From assembly GCA_037138655.1 (NCBI GenBank), contig JBAXHY010000001.1, forward strand, positions 6,221 to 70,220: 64,000 bases of DNA, given 5' to 3'. This DNA comes from a bacterium. GTDB lineage: Bacteria; Patescibacteriota; Saccharimonadia; Saccharimonadales; SZUA-47. The notes under the pieces are model-generated. The model saw nothing but the letters and a program-made list of their open reading frames with translations, was not told the origin of the DNA and ran no database searches. Both the position numbers and the translations under genes were made by a program. Below, piece after piece: positions 19,401 through 29,225 of this stretch (position 1 is its first letter; each line of letters opens with the position of its first letter).

Positions 19401-22043
19401 TTATAGTTCGCCCCAATTTTCACCAATAGATACATCGACTCTTAGGTTTACGCCAAGTTTTGGATAAATGTTTTCCATAGTGTTTTTAAGTATTTCCGCT
19501 ACGTTGTCTGCGTCTGCTTTTTTGCATTCTATTAGTATACTGTCGTGTATTTGCAAAAGCTGTGTCGCACCTTTTGGAAGTAATTTATCTACAGCGGTCA
19601 TTGCCATTTTAGTAAGATCCGCCGCTGTACCCTGAATTGGCATATTTATTGCTGCTCTAAATGCACCTTCTCTGACCATAAAGTTAGGAGATTTAGCATC
19701 TGGAGTCGGTCGCCTTCTGCCTAGTAGTGTCTCTACGTATCCTCTTTTGCTTGCTTGTTCCCTAAACACAGTTATCATTTCTTTTAGTTTTGGTCGTACT
19801 GCAAAATATTTGTCTATAAATACTTTTGCTTCGGCCATAGTTATGCCTGCACCGGCGCTTAAGCCAAAAGTACCCTGACCGTATAAAATTCCAAAATTTA
19901 CCGCCTTGGCAGCGTAGCGCATTTCTTTTGTAACTTGGTCTGATGGAATTCCATTAATTAGTGCTGCTGTTTCGGTGTGAATGTCTCTGTCATTATTAAA
20001 CGCCTCTATCATAGGTTTGTCATTGCTCATTGCGGCGGCTATACGAAGTTCGAACTGACTATAATCGGCACTGACTAATACGTTACCTATTTCTGCTATA
20101 AAACCTTTACGAATTTCTCTACCTAGTTCTGTTCTAACGGGTATGTTTTGTAAGTTTGGATCGGTACTGCTTAGTCGCCCTGTTGCAGCAATGGTTAAGT
20201 TAAAGGTTGTATGAACTCGGTCTTTTTTGTCTGCCATAGTTGGCAAAGTGTCTACGTAAGTACTTTTTAGTTTTGTAAATTCACGGTAATTAGTTATGCA
20301 TTCTATAATAGGATGCACCCCTTTTAGCTTGTCCAAAACGTCACTTGCCGTACTGTAATGTCCAGATTTTCCTTTTTTGGTAACAGATGTTGAAAGGGCT
20401 AATTTATCAAATAGTATCTCGCTTAATTGACTTGGACTACTAATATTAAACTCTTGGTCTGCAAAACCATAAATTGTTTGTTCAATATCACTTATTCTTC
20501 CTTCAAGGTCTGCGCTAAAGTTTGCAAAAAATCCTGGATTTATTTTTATACCGGCTCTTTCCATGCGCGCCAAAACTGGTATTACGGGCCAGTCGACAGT
20601 TTGGGCACACATAATAAGACTAGTTACTTCACTTATCTGTTCGCCCTGAATGTTTGCAAGAGCCGTAATAACGGACACTAATTCTGATGCTCTTGCTAAA
20701 AGTTGGTCGTTGTCTAGATCTTCTAAATTACCTTCGTAGCCTAAATCTCTAGATGCAATATCGGTTAATGTTTGTTCCCTAGCTAAGCTATTTACTATAA
20801 ATGAACCAACCAATGTATCGTGCGAAACCTCTGGGATTGATAGCCCTAGTTCTAAAAGTACTTTAAAGCTACCTTTAAGATCATGCCCAATAACTTCTGA
20901 TATTTTAGGTAAAACAATGTTCTTTACGGTACGTAAATCAACAGTGTAGACATGCTCACTATCTGACAAAATTAGTACCGTAGGTTCGGTACCATGTTTG
21001 CCAGCGCTTGTAGCATGCAAAACTACAGTTCCCTGCAATTTTAAGTCTTTTAACTGATTAGGATTAACTACATTTACAACTGGAAGTTCGTGCAAATCAA
21101 CCAACCCACCACTAATAAGCGGGCCTTTAATTGTGTGCTCTGCGTGTTGTTCGGCGGTCATTTGCATGCCGTTAGGCAGGTTGCGAAGTAAACTCCTAAA
21201 TTCTAATCTAATTAAAATCTCTTTTAGTCTGACGGCGTCTAACTTATTAACATCCATTTCTGTTAAATCTAGTTCGATTGGTGCGTCGTCATACAAACAA
21301 GCTACCTTTTTGCTCATGTAGGCTAGATCTTTTCCTGCTACTAATTTTTTAGCTAAACTGTCTTTAATTAGGCTTACATTATCGTAAATGCCGTCTAGAG
21401 TTTTGTATTTTTGAAGTAAATCTATTGCACCTTTTTCGCCTATTCCAGGAACGCCTGGAATATTATCGGATCCGTCCCCTTTAAGTGACTTTAGGTCCAA
21501 AAATTGGTCAACCCCAATACCATATTTTGCTTCAAATGCGCTTTCATCGAACCGCTCAATATTAGTAAGACCTTTTTTTAAGGCATACATATGGGTTAGC
21601 GGACCAACGCATTGCAGCATATCTAGGTCACTACTTATAAGCATTGTTTCAATACCCTCTTTGCTGGCACGCTTGGCGAGGCCGCACATAATATCGTCGG
21701 CTTCATAGTCGTCTAGTTCGTATAACGGCCAATTAAAAGCCTCTAATAATTCGTGCAAAATAGGAATTTGAGTATAAAAATCAGGGGGTGCTGGTTTGCG
21801 ACCTGCTTTATATTCAGGATAAATCTCTAGTCGTCGTCGAATGTTAGTTTTTGGTTTGTCCCACGCCACACAAACATAATCAGGTTTAAGCCTTTTAATT
21901 AGTTCTAGCGCCATAGCAGCGAATCCGTATACTCCACCGGTGGGAGTTCCGTCTTTGGTGGTAAGATTAGGCATCGCATAATAGCCTCGGTAAAAAACGC
22001 TCTTACCGTCAATTATCGCTAACTTTTTGGGTGCTTCACTCAT
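19401..22043 (-). CDS. polA: DNA polymerase I
   Basis: 5'-3' exonuclease (YEADD, GD.SDNIPGVPGIG) and polymerase motifs (ADYSQFELR, K.VNFG, QIHD). Confidence 0.98.
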   Translation of the reverse strand: MSEAPKKLAIIDGKSVFYRGYYAMPNLTTKDGTPTGGVYGFAAMALELIKRLKPDYVCVAWDKPKTNIRRRLEIYPEYKAGRKPAPPDFYTQIPILHELLEAFNWPLYELDDYEADDIMCGLAKRASKEGIETMLISSDLDMLQCVGPLTHMYALKKGLTNIERFDESAFEAKYGIGVDQFLDLKSLKGDGSDNIPGVPGIGEKGAIDLLQKYKTLDGIYDNVSLIKDSLAKKLVAGKDLAYMSKKVACLYDDAPIELDLTEMDVNKLDAVRLKEILIRLEFRSLLRNLPNGMQMTAEQHAEHTIKGPLISGGLVDLHELPVVNVVNPNQLKDLKLQGTVVLHATSAGKHGTEPTVLILSDSEHVYTVDLRTVKNIVLPKISEVIGHDLKGSFKVLLELGLSIPEVSHDTLVGSFIVNSLAREQTLTDIASRDLGYEGNLEDLDNDQLLARASELVSVITALANIQGEQISEVTSLIMCAQTVDWPVIPVLARMERAGIKINPGFFANFSADLEGRISDIEQTIYGFADQEFNISSPSQLSEILFDKLALSTSVTKKGKSGHYSTASDVLDKLKGVHPIIECITNYREFTKLKSTYVDTLPTMADKKDRVHTTFNLTIAATGRLSSTDPNLQNIPVRTELGREIRKGFIAEIGNVLVSADYSQFELRIAAAMSNDKPMIEAFNNDRDIHTETAALINGIPSDQVTKEMRYAAKAVNFGILYGQGTFGLSAGAGITMAEAKVFIDKYFAVRPKLKEMITVFREQASKRGYVETLLGRRRPTPDAKSPNFMVREGAFRAAINMPIQGTAADLTKMAMTAVDKLLPKGATQLLQIHDSILIECKKADADNVAEILKNTMENIYPKLGVNLRVDVSIGENWGEL

Positions 22044-22080
22044 TTACTAACAGTATACTCCTCTCTGGTGATTAGTATAA

Positions 22081-22626
22081 CTAAGCGGCAAATTCACGAG
22101 CAAATTGTAGCACGTACCCAAGCCTAAGTTCTTCGTACGTTTTTCGTCCTATAAACCTATAAACATCGCCGTCGTATTCACCTAAAACTGGTGGCATATT
22201 TAAAGACTCATTTACAGACAATATCGCTCCCGAATCAATTACATCAATCTGAACCGAATTGGCAGTAATTGGCTGCCCGTCCCTGACTCCTATTTTTATA
22301 AGAGGTGGTTTTTGAAGTGTTACCAAAAGTCTTGCTTTGACTGTTTTAATTGTAATTTCGCCGTTGTCTTCTTCTATAACAGTCAAGGGATTCGCAATGT
22401 TAGTTGGTGGTTCAAATTGATATTCCACAAGTCTGCTTGTTCCAATTTGCATCTTTAAATACGAAGTACCAAACTTGGTCATGCTAGCATCCAAATATTC
22501 TACTTCTATTCCCTGCAATAATCCCCAATATGGAATTTCGTTGCCTGCTCCTAAAGTTAACGCATCGGCAACAAACTGTAAGTCTGCTGCGATTGGGTGT
22601 TGTTCGTAAGAAATAAATTCACTCAT
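22081..22626 (-). CDS. Hypothetical protein (orphan)
   Basis: 181-aa ORF filling the gap; no recognised motif. Confidence 0.65.
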   Translation of the reverse strand: MSEFISYEQHPIAADLQFVADALTLGAGNEIPYWGLLQGIEVEYLDASMTKFGTSYLKMQIGTSRLVEYQFEPPTNIANPLTVIEEDNGEITIKTVKARLLVTLQKPPLIKIGVRDGQPITANSVQIDVIDSGAILSVNESLNMPPVLGEYDGDVYRFIGRKTYEELRLGYVLQFAREFAA

Positions 22627-22686
22627 TAAACCTATATAAAACCAAGTCGTATTTTATTGCAACTACTTGTACAATTATAAACAGAT

Positions 22687-25455
22687 ATGGGTGGGGTAAA
22701 AACAGATACGTTAGACAGTTATAGGTTAAGTACGGCCGATTCTTTGGTTCAATATCAGTCAAAAATAGACGGATTAACAGATTCCGAGGTACAACTGCGC
22801 CAAGAAAAATTTGGTGCTAATAAATTATACTCCTCAAAAAGTGACAATTTAGCAATTCGTTTTATAAGACAATTCAAAGATTTAATGTTGCTTCTACTTT
22901 TACTTTCGGCAGCTTTTTCTTTTGCTATTAACGATAAACGAACCTGCATTATTTTATTGGCGATAGTTTTTATTAATGCTTTAATCGGATTTTCGCAGGA
23001 ATATAAGGCCGAAAAAGTAATGGAATCCCTAGAAAAGCTAATAGTTCCTTTGGCTAAGGTTAAACGAGGCGGTAAATTAGGTGAACTACCTAGTGAGATG
23101 TTGATTCCTGGTGACATTATATATATAGAAGAAGGCGACAGCGTTCCTGCCGATGCCCGCGTAATAGAAGAAAACGAACTAAGTACCAACGACTTTGCGT
23201 TAACTGGCGAATCAAATCCTTCGCGTAAATTTCAACACGCAATAGAGGCTCCTGTGCCACTTTCGGACAGACACAACTTAGTATACATGGGAACAACCGT
23301 AGCGACCGGTGACGCTACCTGTTTGGTTATAGCAACTGGGGCAAATACCGAACTTGGAAGAATAGCCAGCTTAAGCAGTGGCACAAAATCCGACCCCTCA
23401 CCTTTGCAAAAAGAAATGACAATACTTGCTACTACTATAACTAAATATACCCTTGGTTTAAGCGCAATACTTGCAGCTATTGCTTGGCAAGCAGACTTTG
23501 GATTACGAGATTCGTTTATTTTTGCTATAGGTATATCTAGTGCAATGATACCCCAGGGCTTGCCTGCCGAAGTCAACACAGCACTTGCAAGCGCCGCGGG
23601 TAGGTTAGCTAAAGATCGTGCCTTAGTTAAAAAATTAAGTGCCGTAGAAACTTTAGGTGCTACAAGTGTTATTTTAACCGACAAAACCGGTACGCTTACT
23701 AAAAACGAAATGACCGTACAACAACTAATTATAGGTAAAACTGTATATAACGTCAGTGGTATTGGTTACGAAAATAACGGTAAAATAAATTCAGATAAAA
23801 ACATCGCCTTAAATAATACCGAACTACAAAACCTTAAAGACTTTTTTGTAACTGGAGCTTTTGCAAGTAACGCCAAGATTCACGAACCTGACGACACTCA
23901 CGATACCTGGTACTGCCTGGGCGACCCGACCGAAGGTGCGTTAATAACTTTAGCCAAAAAGTCTGGCATAATCATAGAACAAATAGAAAAAAGTCATAAA
24001 GAATTACGAGAACATCCATTTGATTCAGCAAGAAAAAGAATGTCCTCAATTAGGTTTTATGATGGAAACTTAACGGCATTCATGAAGGGTGCGCCTGAAC
24101 AAATACTAAAAGTATGTACCCATTATTGGGACGGTAAGTCAGTCCGAAAATTAACAGTACACGATATTCAAGATATTACCGCCCGAAACGATTTATGGGC
24201 CAGCGCCGCAATGCGTAACTTAGCCTTTGCAAAAAGAATATTTCCTGAAGACACAAAGCTAGAAAATTTAGACCTAGAAACTACAGAAAAAAATATGATT
24301 TTTATGGGCCTTGTAAGTATGATCGATCCACCCCGCGAGGAAGTACCAGAAGCCATGAAAGCAGCGCGGGCTGCAAATATACCAGTTAGTATAATAACTG
24401 GCGATAACGCTCTAACAGCCCGTGCAATAGCTGTTAGAGCAGGTTTGGCAGCTAATCCTAGCGAGCTAAAACTTATAGAAGGCGACAACCTACCAAACAT
24501 GAGCGACCAATCTGTTTTGGCGCTCATTGCTAATGGACAAGCAATATTTAGTAGAGTCGCTCCAGAAGATAAATTACGTATAGTAGAAATTGCAAAAAAA
24601 GCAGGTTTAATTGTGGCCGTAACTGGTGATGGAATTAATGACGCGCCAGCACTTAAAAGAGCTGACATTGGTGTAGCTATGGGAAAAACTGGAACAGATG
24701 TAGCCAAACAATCAGCCGATATTATTTTGTTGGATGATAGTTTTAACACGTTAGTAAATGCAGTACAAACAGGAAGAGTTATTTTTCAGAATATTAGAAA
24801 AGCCGCACTAAGCGCAATCACCAGTAATGGTGGCGAATTATTTGTTGTTTTGATTAGTTTAATTGCAAAAACTAAGTTTGGAATACCAATTGCTATTGGA
24901 GCTGTTCAAATTTTAGCAATCGATTTAATTGCAGAACTGTTCCCTATCGCTGCACTTGGCTGGGACCCCGCAGAAGGCGACTTAATGCACGAAAATCCGC
25001 GTAATTTAAATGATCATATATTAAACAAATCAAACCTATGGGACCTTGCCTGGAGCGGCGCGCTTATGGGCTCTTTTGGATACTTAAACTACATTTTATA
25101 TTTTGTACGTAACGATTTATCGCCTGCTCACTTTAGCAAGGCTACAGTAGCTTACGCTACAGCCACAACGCTTACCTACACTACTATTTGCTTGTGCCAA
25201 TTTGGTAGCATTTTTATACGTCGAATAAAGCCTGGACACAAATTACTAACTAGTTATTTATGGTCAAACAAAAAATTATTTATAGCTTTTGGAATATCTA
25301 TAACACTAATGATGTCGCTAATTTACTTACCGTTCATTCAGCCATATTTTGGTACCTATAACCTTGCATTGGGTGACTGGTTTTATGCAATATTAGCAGC
25401 TGTTTTATTTGTAACAATAAGACAAGGTGTGTTCAGACTAAAAAAACAATCCTAG
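22687..25455 (+). CDS. P-type cation-transporting ATPase (P2 type)
   Basis: TGES, DKTGTLT, KGAPE, DPPR, TGD and GDGINDAPAL motifs; the TM4 motif reads IPQGL rather than PEGL. Confidence 0.95.
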   Translation: MGGVKTDTLDSYRLSTADSLVQYQSKIDGLTDSEVQLRQEKFGANKLYSSKSDNLAIRFIRQFKDLMLLLLLLSAAFSFAINDKRTCIILLAIVFINALIGFSQEYKAEKVMESLEKLIVPLAKVKRGGKLGELPSEMLIPGDIIYIEEGDSVPADARVIEENELSTNDFALTGESNPSRKFQHAIEAPVPLSDRHNLVYMGTTVATGDATCLVIATGANTELGRIASLSSGTKSDPSPLQKEMTILATTITKYTLGLSAILAAIAWQADFGLRDSFIFAIGISSAMIPQGLPAEVNTALASAAGRLAKDRALVKKLSAVETLGATSVILTDKTGTLTKNEMTVQQLIIGKTVYNVSGIGYENNGKINSDKNIALNNTELQNLKDFFVTGAFASNAKIHEPDDTHDTWYCLGDPTEGALITLAKKSGIIIEQIEKSHKELREHPFDSARKRMSSIRFYDGNLTAFMKGAPEQILKVCTHYWDGKSVRKLTVHDIQDITARNDLWASAAMRNLAFAKRIFPEDTKLENLDLETTEKNMIFMGLVSMIDPPREEVPEAMKAARAANIPVSIITGDNALTARAIAVRAGLAANPSELKLIEGDNLPNMSDQSVLALIANGQAIFSRVAPEDKLRIVEIAKKAGLIVAVTGDGINDAPALKRADIGVAMGKTGTDVAKQSADIILLDDSFNTLVNAVQTGRVIFQNIRKAALSAITSNGGELFVVLISLIAKTKFGIPIAIGAVQILAIDLIAELFPIAALGWDPAEGDLMHENPRNLNDHILNKSNLWDLAWSGALMGSFGYLNYILYFVRNDLSPAHFSKATVAYATATTLTYTTICLCQFGSIFIRRIKPGHKLLTSYLWSNKKLFIAFGISITLMMSLIYLPFIQPYFGTYNLALGDWFYAILAAVLFVTIRQGVFRLKKQS

Positions 25456-26300
25456 TTTTTCTTAGACAAAATGCTGCGCTCAACTACGGTTCTAACAACT
25501 TGTCTTTTTTGGGGTTTAACCTTTTTTTCGAACACTATCAATGGGTCATTTTTAATTTGTAATGCCGTCCAATTATAGGAATCAACTGCCGTATGAAGCG
25601 GAACGGCTATTTTTTTAGGTATATAAATAAAGCCCTTATTGGCATCTGTTTGCCACTGCGCATATCTTAATAACTGGGCGTGCACAAAGTCAGCAAACAT
25701 CTTTGGTTTTGCCCTTGCTTCTTCTTCTGATAAGTTTTTTAGTCCGTAAACTTTAATATCATTAACAGGAAAATAACATCGCCCCATTTCGCTGTCGTCG
25801 GTAAGATCCCTTAAAAAATTAATATACTGCATAGCTCTGCCCTGCATTCGTACTGGTTCTAGCGCTTCTTCTGGAAGATTTAATATGCGTGCTACAAAAA
25901 GCCCAACAACTTCTGCCGTTCCGTATACGTATTCTAGGGTGTCTTTTAATGAGCGGTACTGGTGTTTTTGAATATCCCATCTCATACTTTTTAAAAACGC
26001 GTCTACCCATGCAGGATCACAACCGTGACGATGAACAATGTAAGCAATATTCGATAACGCTTTTTCACTTACAGAATCGTCTAATGGTGAAGTCACAAAA
26101 CCGTTTGCAAGTTCTGATTTTATCGTTGTCCATCTAACTTCGATATATTCAAATTTAGCTAAATTACTAGGTGTTTGGTCTACAAAATTATGTACTAAAT
26201 TTATAAATGAATACAACTTAAATACGTCATCACGCATTCCTTTAGGAAAAAATCTACTACTCCAGTAGTAAGTTAACCTTCCGTTTTTAAATATATTCAT
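25452..26300 (-). CDS. Phytoene/squalene synthase family protein
   Basis: SM.WD, Y.YG.A.VVG and G.AMQ.INFLRD...D...GR.YFP motifs. Confidence 0.88.
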   Translation of the reverse strand: MNIFKNGRLTYYWSSRFFPKGMRDDVFKLYSFINLVHNFVDQTPSNLAKFEYIEVRWTTIKSELANGFVTSPLDDSVSEKALSNIAYIVHRHGCDPAWVDAFLKSMRWDIQKHQYRSLKDTLEYVYGTAEVVGLFVARILNLPEEALEPVRMQGRAMQYINFLRDLTDDSEMGRCYFPVNDIKVYGLKNLSEEEARAKPKMFADFVHAQLLRYAQWQTDANKGFIYIPKKIAVPLHTAVDSYNWTALQIKNDPLIVFEKKVKPQKRQVVRTVVERSILSKKN

Positions 26301-26351
26301 GTTTATAGTATGACAAAAAAAGTGTTCGTATACTGCAGTAAAAACTACAAA

Positions 26352-27440
26352 CTACTTACTTCTTCCTAGTAAACTAGTTACAAGCAGATCTAAAAATTCT
26401 ATGCCACCCTCAGAAAAAACTCCAATACAACCTTTTAATGATTCTTTTGCCTTTGAAACATGTTCAATAGCCTTAGTCTGGGCAAAGTTTAACGCGCCTG
26501 TTTCTGTAAAAATTTCTTTACATCTAATAAATTCAATATACGTAAGTTTTTCGTTACCTAACATTTGAATCAAAAAGTTTTTGTCGCCGCTGTCGGACCT
26601 ATTCAAGGCTTCTACGGCAAGTACAGTCCGCTTGCCTTCACGAATATCATCCATAGGGCTCTTACCTGCTTCTTGCTCGCTAGCAAAAGTTCCTAATATG
26701 TCATCTGTAATCTGAAAAGCTCTACCTGCGTGCATCGAATACTCATGTACAGATTCAATAGTTTTTTTACTTGCACCAGCCAATGTCATGCCAAATTGCA
26801 GTGGGTTTAAAAAGGTGTACTGTGCGGTCTTCCATTCTAATACTTGATCCACAGCTCGCTCACTAACTTCGTCTACAACCTCATTAAATATGTCGTTTAT
26901 TTGTCCGTGACCCGTAACAATTATTGCATCGTTTAGTAACGACAGTGCCCTTAATTTAAGGTGTGCATCTGTATTTAATGAAGCAATCAGACCCTGCGCA
27001 TAATGAGAACCTATAAGTGCAGCATTTATAGCAATAGACTCACCAAAATGACCAGAATCGCCTGCTAACTGATTTTGCTTATGATAGTTTTCTAGCAATA
27101 CATGGGCGGACGGACCACCCCGGCGAATTTTGGACTTATCCATAATGTCATCTAATACCAAAATATAGGCGTGCGTCATTTCGATTGCACTTGCCGCTTG
27201 AAGTATTATTTTTTTATTACTTCCACCGCACATTTCGTAGCCAACAATCGTTAAAGCACCTCGTATGCGCTTGCCACCTCTTGCCAGAACCTGAGTATAG
27301 GCGTCTACACCTACTGCCGAATATTCGGTAAATTTTTGTACTGTCTGTTCTTTTAAATTTTTGCTATGAAAAATAATTTCATCGTCGATTTCATTTTTAT
27401 AATTTATTAATCTGGATGTATGTTCGCTTAACTTACTCAT
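26352..27440 (-). CDS. Polyprenyl diphosphate (GGPP-type) synthase
   Basis: GGKRIR, LVLDDIMD...RRG, KTA, FQITDD and DIREGK motifs. Confidence 0.93.
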   Translation of the reverse strand: MSKLSEHTSRLINYKNEIDDEIIFHSKNLKEQTVQKFTEYSAVGVDAYTQVLARGGKRIRGALTIVGYEMCGGSNKKIILQAASAIEMTHAYILVLDDIMDKSKIRRGGPSAHVLLENYHKQNQLAGDSGHFGESIAINAALIGSHYAQGLIASLNTDAHLKLRALSLLNDAIIVTGHGQINDIFNEVVDEVSERAVDQVLEWKTAQYTFLNPLQFGMTLAGASKKTIESVHEYSMHAGRAFQITDDILGTFASEQEAGKSPMDDIREGKRTVLAVEALNRSDSGDKNFLIQMLGNEKLTYIEFIRCKEIFTETGALNFAQTKAIEHVSKAKESLKGCIGVFSEGGIEFLDLLVTSLLGRSK

Positions 27441-27445
27441 TACGG

Positions 27446-28024
27446 TTAAAGCCCTAGTGACTTAGCAATAAGTTTGTTAAATGTACTAATATCTTGACTG
27501 TCGTTTTCTATAAAAATATCGCAGCGATCTTTTACTCCAGCCAGGCTAAGAGTTGCGTGATCTCCACTGTGATCCATTTCTAAAACTTCATCGGCAATAA
27601 ACTTTTCGTAAGAATGATTGTTTTCTAAATCACCCCTACCTCTGTCTTTTGACGTAATTCGATTAAATCTAACTTTAGAATCCGCGTCTAACCAAATCAT
27701 TTTACCTTTTAGCTCGTGTAAATGATCTGCTTCGCCTGGGTTTCTTAAACTACCAGTAATAAGCCCTGCATATGCTACATCTCCGCCTTCGGATTTGTAA
27801 GTTTCTATGGCTTTATCTACAAGTACGCCAAGCCCGCTTTGTCGTCTCCACTCTGCACTAATATCGCGTAAAATATCTCGCTCTACCCCGAGCCCTCTTT
27901 TTCTGGCTTCTTCACGCAAAAGATCGCTGCTGCTTACAAACAAAAAATTATGTTCTTCGACCAAAAACTGAGCAAGAGAATCCTTACCACTGCCGTTTGT
28001 ACCCGAAAGTCCTAGTAAAATCAT
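27446..28024 (-). CDS. P-loop nucleoside monophosphate/dephospho-CoA kinase-like protein
   Basis: GLSGTNGSGKD Walker A; SDLLREE; R..R...R lid. Confidence 0.75.
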   Translation of the reverse strand: MILLGLSGTNGSGKDSLAQFLVEEHNFLFVSSSDLLREEARKRGLGVERDILRDISAEWRRQSGLGVLVDKAIETYKSEGGDVAYAGLITGSLRNPGEADHLHELKGKMIWLDADSKVRFNRITSKDRGRGDLENNHSYEKFIADEVLEMDHSGDHATLSLAGVKDRCDIFIENDSQDISTFNKLIAKSLGL

Positions 28025-28085
28025 ATTTTTAGTTTACCACGCCCCTGTTACTAAATTACTTGTTCAAATATACTGAACAGTTAGA

Positions 28086-29204
28086 TTACTTTAGGTAATC
28101 CATCAATTTACGACTGTCTTTGTGCTTGCGCAGTTTTGCCAAAGCCTTAGCTTCAATCTGTCTAATACGTTCACGCGTTACGCTAAATTCTTGGCCTACT
28201 TCTTCTAGGGTGTGACTCTTGCCGTCTTCTAGTCCAAATCTTAGTTTAAGAATTTTTTGTTCGCGGTCAGTAAGTCCAGAAAGTAACTGTTTTACGTGTT
28301 CTTTAAGCAACTGATTAGTAGCTGATTCTTCTGGACTAATTGTATCTTCGTCCTCAATAAAGTCACCCAATACACTGTCTTCGTCGTCGTCACGAACGCT
28401 TGCGTCTAACGAGCTAATGTCCTGTTTGATTTTCATTATGTGCTCTACTTTATCAACGTCAATTTCCATCTCTTTGGCAATTTCATCGTTTGTAGGTTCA
28501 CGATTGAGTTCTTGAGTTAAACGTCGCTGAGTACGTAGTAACTTGTTAATAGTTTCAACCATGTGAACAGGTATACGAATAGTACGAGCTTGGTCAGCTA
28601 TAGCACGTGTAATAGCTTGGCGAATCCACCATGTTGCGTATGTACTAAACTTAAAGCCTTTGTCTGGGTCAAATTTTTCTACTGCACGCAATAGTCCAGT
28701 GTTACCTTCTTGAATAAGGTCAAGAAGATCAAGGCCACGACCTACGTATCTTTTTGCAATACTTACTACTAAACGCATATTAGCTTCGGCCATCTGGTCC
28801 TTAGCTTCACGATCACCAGCTACAACACGCTGAGCTAGTGCAAGTTCTTCGTCTGATTTTAATAGTGGAATCTTACCGATTTCACGCAAATACAAACGTA
28901 CAGAGTCATCTGCGATGTCGTCTAGGTACATTTTTTCGTCTATAACGATTTCTTCACCGTCTTCGGCTGTCCATTCGTCGCTAAGATCTTCCGGCTTTGG
29001 TTCGGTTACTCCTGTAATATCAATCTTAAGTTCTGCTAGTTCACCGTATAAGACATCCAAAATGTCTACGTTTTCAGGGGTGTCCGCAATAGCTGCATTT
29101 ATATCTCGTTGATCTATTTTGCCGCTTTTTTTAGCTTTTTCTATAAGATCATTTTTTGCATTTTCTAAAGATTCTGTAGGCTTATTTTTTGGTTCGTCTG
29201 CCAC
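28086..29204 (-). CDS. rpoD: Primary sigma factor
   Basis: [31 protein letters not shown] and TRERIRQIE motifs. Confidence 0.98.
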   Translation of the reverse strand: MADEPKNKPTESLENAKNDLIEKAKKSGKIDQRDINAAIADTPENVDILDVLYGELAELKIDITGVTEPKPEDLSDEWTAEDGEEIVIDEKMYLDDIADDSVRLYLREIGKIPLLKSDEELALAQRVVAGDREAKDQMAEANMRLVVSIAKRYVGRGLDLLDLIQEGNTGLLRAVEKFDPDKGFKFSTYATWWIRQAITRAIADQARTIRIPVHMVETINKLLRTQRRLTQELNREPTNDEIAKEMEIDVDKVEHIMKIKQDISSLDASVRDDDEDSVLGDFIEDEDTISPEESATNQLLKEHVKQLLSGLTDREQKILKLRFGLEDGKSHTLEEVGQEFSVTRERIRQIEAKALAKLRKHKDSRKLMDYLK

Positions 29205-29225
29205 TTGGTTTATCCTTCCTGGACT

